This document shows, piece by piece, positions 57,213 through 64,000 of a stretch of DNA of 64,000 nucleotides. The notes under the pieces are model-generated. The model searched no databases. It saw only the letters and a program-made list of their open reading frames with translations, and was not told the origin of the DNA. This stretch comes from Clostridia bacterium (GTDB taxonomy: Bacteria > Bacillota > Clostridia > Christensenellales > Borkfalkiaceae). How positions within the stretch are numbered: position 1 is the stretch's first letter; every line of letters starts with the position of its first letter. The DNA lies in contig JAFYWI010000002.1 in assembly GCA_017558105.1 (NCBI GenBank), positions 2,152 through 66,151 on the forward strand, read 5' to 3'. Position numbers and translations under genes: made by a program.

Positions 57213-58381
57213 ACTTCTACCCCGTTTGCAATATTACAAATATGAACAGAGAATTTTCCTTTTAAGTTAGGAAATGCTTTTAGGTATTCTTCGGTAATTT
57301 TTTTAGTAATGCTTTCTTCGTATTCTGGGTTAATTATTGCTATACAACAACCCTTAAAACCAGCACCACTAAAACGGCCACCGTAAATACCTTCTGTTTT
57401 TAGCATAATTTCGTAAAGAGTTTTAAGTTCTTCTGAACCCGTTTCGTAATTGCATATAGAAGATTTACCGCTTTCAAAAGAAAGTTTACCAAACGTTTCT
57501 ATATCTCCGTTTTTATAAGCATCTACGCCTTTTTGTACACGAATAGATTCCGTGTAAAAATGTTCTGCACGTTTGTGCCAACTTTCTGGAAGTTTATCTT
57601 TATATTGCAAATATACTTCGTAAGGAACGTCGCTAAGATAGGTTTCGTTTATCTTGCCGTATTCCATACCACTAAACGCCTTAAGTGCATATGCTGCGGC
57701 ACGACATTCATCTACTCGCATATTATACTTACTGCCTGCAAGGTTTCTTTCTATGCCTGAAAAGAAAATTGCAATTTTAAAAGGCTTCATATTAACAGGG
57801 GTTGGAATTAACTCATAAGTATCGTCTTTTGTGTTTAAATATAATAAGTTGTTCTTTTTAGAAAAAACTTCGCAAGATTGGTCTAGTTTACCACAAGAAA
57901 CGCCAACATATTTGTTTTCTGCCGCTTGAGCAGTTAAAATCATTTCTAGTTTGCTAAGTTTTATGTTATTAACCTTACATAGTGCCGATAAAAACGCTAA
58001 CGTTACCGCAGCAGAAGAAGAAAGACCACCAATTGGTAGCGTTCCTTCAATAACACCACTAAGCCCAACTCTTAAAGGATATTTTTTAGAAAGCATTAAG
58101 GTTGCGCCACGCAAATAATCTGCCCAGTCGTTTTCTTTTGTTTCCAAAACAGAACTAACGTGCCATTGCGCACGCTTACTAAACTGTAACGAATTTAACT
58201 CAATAACTCCGTTTTGCTTTGGAGCATAGGCAATGTTTATGCCTTTATCTATGGCAAAACCCGTTATCTTGCCTAGTTGGTGGTCTATATGCGCACCAAT
58301 AGGGCAAATACGGTAAGGGCAAAAAGATACTGCCATAGGTTCTTTTTTATAAGTTTCTACAAATTTTTCTACACAACGCAT
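57209..58381 (-). CDS. GHMP-family sugar 1-kinase (galactokinase-like)
   Basis: CPIGAHIDHQLG (galactokinase-signature-like) and PIGGLSSSAA (GHMP motif). ATG 58381 with GGAG 9 nt upstream is preferred to the TTG at 58396. Confidence 0.75.
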   Translation of the reverse strand: MRCVEKFVETYKKEPMAVSFCPYRICPIGAHIDHQLGKITGFAIDKGINIAYAPKQNGVIELNSLQFSKRAQWHVSSVLETKENDWADYLRGATLMLSKKYPLRVGLSGVIEGTLPIGGLSSSAAVTLAFLSALCKVNNIKLSKLEMILTAQAAENKYVGVSCGKLDQSCEVFSKKNNLLYLNTKDDTYELIPTPVNMKPFKIAIFFSGIERNLAGSKYNMRVDECRAAAYALKAFSGMEYGKINETYLSDVPYEVYLQYKDKLPESWHKRAEHFYTESIRVQKGVDAYKNGDIETFGKLSFESGKSSICNYETGSEELKTLYEIMLKTEGIYGGRFSGAGFKGCCIAIINPEYEESITKKITEEYLKAFPNLKGKFSVHICNIANGVEV

Positions 58382-59571
58382 TAAAATTTTCTCCAAACCA
58401 TTTTATCTACTACGCCCGTATAACTTTGAATAATTTTTACTACTTTTGTTGAAACGTTTTCTTCAACGTAATCTGGAACAGGTATTCCGTGATTACCATC
58501 TTTTGTTAAACTAACAGCCGTTTCTACTGCTTGTAAAAGGTGTTTTTCATCTATGCCAGCAAGCACGAAACAAGCCTTGTCTAACGCTTCTGGGCGTTCT
58601 GTGCTTGTACGAATACAAACTGCTGGGAAAGGTTTACCAATACTTGTAAAGAAAGAACTTTCTTCTGGTAAGGTACCACTATCTGACACAACTGCAAAAG
58701 CGTTCATTTGTAAGTTGTTGTAGTCGTGGAAGCCTAAAGGTTGGTTTTGAATAACACGCTTATCTAACTTAAAGCCAGTTGCTTCTAAACGCTTTTTGCT
58801 TCTTGGGTGACAAGAATATAAAATAGGCATATTATATTTTTCTGCCAACTTATTAATTGCAGTAAATAATGAATTAAAGTTCTTTTCCGTATCGATATTT
58901 TCTTCTCTGTGTGCAGAAAGAAGAATATATTTTTTAGGTTCTAATCCAAGTTTAGTTAAAACGTTGCTTTCTTCTATTTCTTTTAGGTTGCTATGTAATA
59001 CTTCTGCCATAGGAGAGCCTGTAACGTAAGTTCTTTCTTTAGGCAAGCCACATTCTGCTAAATATCTTCTAGCGTGTTCGCTATATGCTAGGTTTACGTC
59101 GGAAATAATATCTACAATGCGCCTATTAGTTTCTTCTGGTAAACATTCATCTTTACAACGGTTACCTGCTTCCATATGGAAAATTGGAATATGTAAACGC
59201 TTTGCAGAAATTGCAGAAAGGCAACTATTAGTATCGCCTAAAATTAACAATGCATCTGGTTTAATTGCACTCATAAGTTTATAAGAACAATTTATAATAT
59301 TGCCAACGGTTGCACCTAAATCGTCGCCAACGGCATCCATATAAACTTCTGGGTCTTTAAGTTTTAAGTCCTTAAAGAATACGCCGTTTAAGTTATAGTC
59401 GTAATTTTGACCGGTATGTGCCAAAATAGTATCAAAATACTCACGGCACTTGTTTATAACTGCACCTAAACGAATTATTTCTGGCCTTGTACCTACTATA
59501 ATAAGTAGTTTTAATTTTCCATTTTCTTTGAACTTAACGTCGCTGTAATCTAACTTAATTTTCTTTTCCAT
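58381..59571 (-). CDS. fnlC: UDP-N-acetylglucosamine 2-epimerase family (FnlC/CapG-type, UDP-L-FucNAc pathway)
   Basis: 396 aa with LLIIVGTRPEIIRL...HTGQNYDY...HMEAGNR. Third gene after fnlA-fnlB. Confidence 0.8.
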   Translation of the reverse strand: MEKKIKLDYSDVKFKENGKLKLLIIVGTRPEIIRLGAVINKCREYFDTILAHTGQNYDYNLNGVFFKDLKLKDPEVYMDAVGDDLGATVGNIINCSYKLMSAIKPDALLILGDTNSCLSAISAKRLHIPIFHMEAGNRCKDECLPEETNRRIVDIISDVNLAYSEHARRYLAECGLPKERTYVTGSPMAEVLHSNLKEIEESNVLTKLGLEPKKYILLSAHREENIDTEKNFNSLFTAINKLAEKYNMPILYSCHPRSKKRLEATGFKLDKRVIQNQPLGFHDYNNLQMNAFAVVSDSGTLPEESSFFTSIGKPFPAVCIRTSTERPEALDKACFVLAGIDEKHLLQAVETAVSLTKDGNHGIPVPDYVEENVSTKVVKIIQSYTGVVDKMVWRKF

Positions 59572-59599
59572 ATTAAAAATAAATTCCTTTTGATTTTCC

Positions 59600-60766
59600 T
59601 TATTCTACTATTTCAAAAAAAGTATCTGGTTTATTAGTGTCAAATTGTTCGTTTGCCCACATTATAGTAACCAAGTTTTCTGTTTTAGATAGGTTTATTA
59701 TATTGTGGGTATACCCAGGTAACATATGTATTGCTTTAATTTCATCACCACTAACTTCAAAATTTAGCACTTCGTTAGTGCCAATTTTTCTTTGTTGAAT
59801 TAAGCCTTTGCCACTAACTACAATAAAAAATTCCCATTTCGTATTGTGCCAATGTTGCCCTTTTGTTATGCCAGGCTTAGAAATGTTTACCGAAAATTGA
59901 CCGCACTTTTCCGTTTTTAATAATTCGGTAAAACTGCCCCTATCGTCTTTATTCATTTTTAAGTTAAACGCCACTTTTTCTTTTGGCAAATAACTTAAAT
60001 AGGTAGAATAAAGTTTTTTTGCAAAACTACCGTTAGGTATTTCGGGCATAATTAAGGTGTTTGTTTGTTCTTTAAACGAATACAACAAATCTACAATTTC
60101 GCCTAAGGTTACTTCGTGCTCTACGCTAACTTTACAAAAATCACCTTGCCTATTTTCTTTACCTTCTAGGGAATTTAACATTTCGCTAACTAAATCGTCT
60201 ATATATATAAGGGTTAAGGCAATATTTCTATCGTTAACGGTTATAGGCAAGTCGCAAGCAATGTTATTACAAAACGTTGCTACTGCGCTATTGTAGTTTG
60301 GCCTACACCATTTACCAAAGACGTTAGGAAACCTATATACTAGCATTTTTGCGCCTGTTTCTTTGCCATATTCAAAAAATAAATCTTCGCCAGCCTTTTT
60401 GCTTTTGCCATATTCGCTACCAGCATATCTGCCTTCTAGCGTTGCTTGAATAGAAGAAGAAAGCATTACCGGGCAAGTATTATTATATTTTTTTAACGTG
60501 TTAAGTAAAGTAGATGCAAAGCCAAAATTGCCTTGCATAAACTCTTCTTCCGTTTTAGGTCTGTTTACTCCTGCTAGGTTAAACACGAAATCTGCTTTAG
60601 CGCAATAGTTCTCTAATTCTTCTAAAGTGCTATCTATATCGTATTCAAGAACTTCTTCAATAATTAAGTTTGGGCGTGTTTTATCTTTGCCTGCTTTTAT
60701 GTTTTTAAGGCTTTCTACAAGGTTTTTACCAACAAAACCCTTTGCGCCTGTTATAAGAATTTTCAT
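59600..60766 (-). CDS. fnlB: CapF/FnlB-type bifunctional reductase (SDR N-terminal domain, cupin C-terminal domain)
   Basis: 388 aa with MKILITGAKGFVGKNL and a C-terminal cupin region DDRGSFTEL...GQHWHNTKWEFF. Confidence 0.8.
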   Translation of the reverse strand: MKILITGAKGFVGKNLVESLKNIKAGKDKTRPNLIIEEVLEYDIDSTLEELENYCAKADFVFNLAGVNRPKTEEEFMQGNFGFASTLLNTLKKYNNTCPVMLSSSIQATLEGRYAGSEYGKSKKAGEDLFFEYGKETGAKMLVYRFPNVFGKWCRPNYNSAVATFCNNIACDLPITVNDRNIALTLIYIDDLVSEMLNSLEGKENRQGDFCKVSVEHEVTLGEIVDLLYSFKEQTNTLIMPEIPNGSFAKKLYSTYLSYLPKEKVAFNLKMNKDDRGSFTELLKTEKCGQFSVNISKPGITKGQHWHNTKWEFFIVVSGKGLIQQRKIGTNEVLNFEVSGDEIKAIHMLPGYTHNIINLSKTENLVTIMWANEQFDTNKPDTFFEIVE

Positions 60767-60767
60767 T

Positions 60768-61820
60768 TTAATATTTAATTCCCATTTTTTCTAATTCTTC
60801 GCGTATATAAGAAAGTGTTAATAATTTTTGTTTAACTTCTTCTACTGTTAAAAGTTTAGTATTATTAGAATTGAATTCCGTTAAGGTGTTACGCTCTGCA
60901 TCGCCTTGACTAAAATACTTATCGTAATTTAACCCACGGTTATCGGCTGGAACACGGTAGAAGTTACCCATATCTATTGCGTTTGCACATTCTTCATTGG
61001 TTAAAAGCGTTTCGTACATTTTTTCGCCATGGCGAATACCAATAACTTTAATTTTGTTTTTATCTCCACCAAACAGTTCACAAACGGCTTCGGCTTGAGT
61101 TTGAATTGTACAAGCAGGTGCTTTTTGAACCAAAATATCGCCACTAACACCATTTTCAAAAGCAAATAAAACAAGGTCTACTGCTTCATCTAAACTCATT
61201 ATAAACCTAGTCATACTACCGTCTGTTAAGGTAATAGGTTGTCCGTTTTTAATTTGTTCTATCCATAATGGAATAACGCTACCACGAGAACACATTACGT
61301 TACCGTACCTTGTGCAACAAATTTTAGTTTTTTCTGGTGAAACGGTACGAGCCTTTGCAACGGAAACCCTTTCTTCTAATGCCTTAGAAATACCCATAGC
61401 ATTTACAGGGTATGCAGCCTTATCGGTAGATAAGCAAACAACGTTTTTAACCCCTGCTTCTATTGCGGCGGTTAACACGTTTTCCGTACCTAAAACATTT
61501 GTTTTAACTGCTTCTATTGGGAAAAATTCGCAAGAAGGAACTTGCTTTAACGCTGCCGCGTGGAATATGTAGTCTACCCCGTGCATAACGTTACGAAGAG
61601 ATTGAATATCTCTTACGTCGCCAATAAAGAACTTAATTTTTTCTGCTACTTCAGGCATTTTTGCTTGAAATTCATGGCGCATATCGTCTTGCTTTTTTTC
61701 ATCTCTAGAAAAAATTCTAATTTCACCAATGTCGGTTTTCAAAAACCTGTTTAATACGGCGTTACCAAAACTACCCGTTCCACCCGTTATTAATAACGTT
61801 TTTCCCTTAAATAAACTCAT
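60768..61820 (-). CDS. fnlA: UDP-GlcNAc 4,6-dehydratase/5-epimerase (CapE/FnlA)
   Basis: 350 aa with LLITGGTGSFGNAVLNRFL...IRIFSRDEKKQDDMR...AAALKQVPSCEFFPIEAVKTNVLGTENV...TRYGNVMCSRGSVIPL, very close to staphylococcal CapE as I recall it. Confidence 0.9.
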   Translation of the reverse strand: MSLFKGKTLLITGGTGSFGNAVLNRFLKTDIGEIRIFSRDEKKQDDMRHEFQAKMPEVAEKIKFFIGDVRDIQSLRNVMHGVDYIFHAAALKQVPSCEFFPIEAVKTNVLGTENVLTAAIEAGVKNVVCLSTDKAAYPVNAMGISKALEERVSVAKARTVSPEKTKICCTRYGNVMCSRGSVIPLWIEQIKNGQPITLTDGSMTRFIMSLDEAVDLVLFAFENGVSGDILVQKAPACTIQTQAEAVCELFGGDKNKIKVIGIRHGEKMYETLLTNEECANAIDMGNFYRVPADNRGLNYDKYFSQGDAERNTLTEFNSNNTKLLTVEEVKQKLLTLSYIREELEKMGIKY

Positions 61821-61830
61821 ACTTTTTCTC

Positions 61831-62613
61831 CTATATCCCTAGTCTTCTTTTCATAATTGACCAATATTTACTAACCAAGTAGCCCATTTTTGACATTTTT
61901 CGTATTTTTTTCACCTTTGTTGGTATTCCTTCCTTTTTTAAGAAACTATTATTTTTCCATAGCCAACGTGACTTCCAAATTCCATATCCCTGACCTCTTA
62001 ACAACACATAACTAAATATGTCCTCACTTCTTATTTTGTCATAATATGTAGTTCGACTACAATAATACTCCATACCCTTCTTTTCAATGCTTAAACTATT
62101 GAACCCTTTATCCTCAAATTCCCAAGCTGACATAGCTCCTTTTGTAGCTTCTAGTAAAACATCCTTTCTCCATAATGCTGCTTGACAATTACACATATAT
62201 TGAGCATCTTTTTGTGGCTTCATTAAATAATATTCTTCATATCTTGATTCTTCGGTGTAACCAGTAATTTTGTTAAAATAAAACACTGCTATTTGATTGT
62301 TTGTTTTCATCTCTTGCAATACTTTATTAAATTTTTCAGTTTTTACACTTCTTTGGAAAAAGAAATCTTCTAAAAAAAACAATATGAATTCTGCATCAAT
62401 TTCTTCTAATACGCGATGTAATCTTGCCGTCCATTTGCCCTCATGAGAAAGTATTGTTTTTACACCATATTTACTGTAATTTTTGCTTTCTGTATTTAAA
62501 AAAACAGGCAAATTACAATCAGGCCAGTATTTTCTTAGTAAATAAAAAAATGGGTCCCAAGCCTCTTCATAAGAGTCGCAACTACATACTAAAATAGCAC
62601 ATTTATCCCTCAT
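61831..62613 (-). CDS. Hypothetical protein, possibly a GT-A-like glycosyltransferase
   Basis: 260 aa with ILVCSCDSY...FILFFLEDFFF (DxD-like acidic motif), in the polysaccharide locus. I do not recognise a family. Confidence 0.3.
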   Translation of the reverse strand: MRDKCAILVCSCDSYEEAWDPFFYLLRKYWPDCNLPVFLNTESKNYSKYGVKTILSHEGKWTARLHRVLEEIDAEFILFFLEDFFFQRSVKTEKFNKVLQEMKTNNQIAVFYFNKITGYTEESRYEEYYLMKPQKDAQYMCNCQAALWRKDVLLEATKGAMSAWEFEDKGFNSLSIEKKGMEYYCSRTTYYDKIRSEDIFSYVLLRGQGYGIWKSRWLWKNNSFLKKEGIPTKVKKIRKMSKMGYLVSKYWSIMKRRLGI

Positions 62614-64000
62614 TTTTCACGTTCCCCTTTTTCCCAAATATAGCTTTTATAATTTTAATACTTTCTTGCAATGCTTTTACTTTGAACAAAAACGATACTC
62701 CAATATAAACAACACCCGCAACTATAATTTGTAAAAACATACAAAGCAATGAAGGTATAGGCAAAAATATCATCCAATATATACTTAATGACATGATAAG
62801 TGTTAAAAGCAATGCTGATGTTAGATCTTTTAATTGTTCTAATAAGTTATACCTTAAAATTATAATGTTAGGGATAATATTAATAAATAAGCCCACAAAG
62901 TTAGCAAATGCTTCAGCAAGAGCAATTGCTATTACTCCTTTGTTAATAAAAACAATTAGCACTATAACCCCTACTAATTTTTTTAGAATATCTAAAATTA
63001 AGTAAATACCACTTTTCCCCAGCGCTTTAACAACTTGTATATGCATTGAACCAATAGGGGAAACTAAAAATGAAATACAAGCTATTTGCAAATATATAAC
63101 CGCATCAGCCCATACATCTGTTAAAATGAAATTTATAAAGGGTTTTGCTACTATTGCTAAACCAACAATGAGAGGCAAAATTATAAACGACCCAAACCTA
63201 ATAGATTGTCTTAACCTATATTTTAATTTTGCCTTATTATCACTTTCTCTTGACATAGAAGAGAATAAGACAGAATCCAAAGAAGCACCAACTTGTCCCG
63301 CTAATAATTGAGGAAAGCTTTTACCTTTTTTATAATAGGCTAGGTCTGCAGAATTATACTTTCTTGCAATTATCCATGTGTATAAATCTGAATAAATTGT
63401 AGTTAATAATGTAGCAAATAATAGTTTCCACCCATAAGATAATAATATTTTTAATCTCTTAAACGAAAAAGCAAGTGTAGGTCTCCATTTTATAGTGAAA
63501 AATAAAACTATGGTATCTATAAGAGTATTTAAGATGTACTGCACCATTAAGGACCACACACCATATCCTAAAAAAGCCATTACAATACCAACTGCTCCGG
63601 AAACACTTATACCGCCTAACGTTGAAAAGAAAAACCTTCTAAACATTAAGTTTCTAGAAACATATGCACGTTGCACAGAATTAAATGAAGAAATTATAAG
63701 TTGAATGCCCATTATTCTTAATAACGTAGTTAATTCTTCTATCCTAAAATAAAGTGATATATATGGTGCAACAAAAAAGAGAAGCAAATACAAGCAAATT
63801 GAAAAGCCCATTCCAAAGTATAGCACACTAGAAAAATCTACGTGGTCAACTTCTTTTTTTTGTATTAATGCATTGCTAAACCCACCAGTAACGAAAACAT
63901 TTGCAATACCAATAAAAAGAGTTACTATTGCTATTACGCCATAATCATCTGGCAATATAAATCTAGCCAAAACAATGGAAACTATAAAACTTACAATTTG
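62603..64000 (-). CDS. wzx: Wzx-type oligosaccharide flippase (MOP superfamily); N-terminus outside the window
   Basis: More than 12 TM helices and LARFILPDDYGVIAIV, typical of the Wzx N-terminal region. The frame stays open to the window edge. Confidence 0.75.
   Translation of the reverse strand, partial: QIVSFIVSIVLARFILPDDYGVIAIVTLFIGIANVFVTGGFSNALIQKKEVDHVDFSSVLYFGMGFSICLYLLLFFVAPYISLYFRIEELTTLLRIMGIQLIISSFNSVQRAYVSRNLMFRRFFFSTLGGISVSGAVGIVMAFLGYGVWSLMVQYILNTLIDTIVLFFTIKWRPTLAFSFKRLKILLSYGWKLLFATLLTTIYSDLYTWIIARKYNSADLAYYKKGKSFPQLLAGQVGASLDSVLFSSMSRESDNKAKLKYRLRQSIRFGSFIILPLIVGLAIVAKPFINFILTDVWADAVIYLQIACISFLVSPIGSMHIQVVKALGKSGIYLILDILKKLVGVIVLIVFINKGVIAIALAEAFANFVGLFINIIPNIIILRYNLLEQLKDLTSALLLTLIMSLSIYWMIFLPIPSLLCMFLQIIVAGVVYIGVSFLFKVKALQESIKIIKAIFGKKGNVKNEG

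Overview
Low-GC Firmicutes/Clostridia-like chromosomal segment from a spore-former (yabP-yabQ-divIC present), with about 60 genes, mostly on the minus strand until ~43 kb. Contents in order: (1) A ~8.8 kb phosphonate cell-surface cassette (0.6-9.3 kb). It holds a tri-domain nucleotidyltransferase/cytidylyltransferase/PEP-mutase fusion, phosphonopyruvate decarboxylase, an Fe-alcohol dehydrogenase, an LtaS/sulfatase-like membrane protein and a YidC::TagF-type fusion. It is bracketed by a duplicated 3' end plus terminator of an ArsB-like permease gene. (2) yccF and a fused ABC ATPase/FtsX permease. (3) A T-box-controlled eight-gene operon: HTH-cupin::acyl-CoA synthetase, a P-loop ATPase, a four-subunit 2-oxoacid:ferredoxin oxidoreductase and ilvE. 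(4) A polysaccharide deacetylase, an AraC regulator and nagA. (5) gyrB-gyrA. (6) An unannotated 49-aa 4xCxxC mini-protein, a membrane HExxH protease, Ppx/GppA and divIC-yabQ-yabP. (7) A tandem glycine riboswitch upstream of a sodium:alanine symporter. (8) queH, an S51 peptidase, a degenerate BY-kinase homologue, a ferritin-like protein and a frameshifted MFS transporter. (9) A sugar-type cluster: SIS, YjbQ, PIG-L, PutP-like symporter, TIM-barrel isomerase, Gfo/Idh/MocA and AraC. (10) A tightly coupled nine-gene operon encoding HdrB-HdrC-HdrA-MvhD, three Flx-like Fe-S/flavin subunits and soluble FrdB/FrdA-like subunits, followed by an AAE-family transporter. This is my top candidate for an uncharacterised system: a soluble, possibly electron-bifurcating, NAD(P)H/ferredoxin-linked fumarate-type reductase. 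(11) The start of a surface-polysaccharide locus: sugar-1-kinase plus nucleotidyltransferase, fnlABC for UDP-L-FucNAc, a putative glycosyltransferase and wzx, whose last ~2.2 kb is compositionally atypical. I saw no rRNA, tRNA, CRISPR array, transposase or integrase. All family assignments come from motif recognition by eye and no searches were run.
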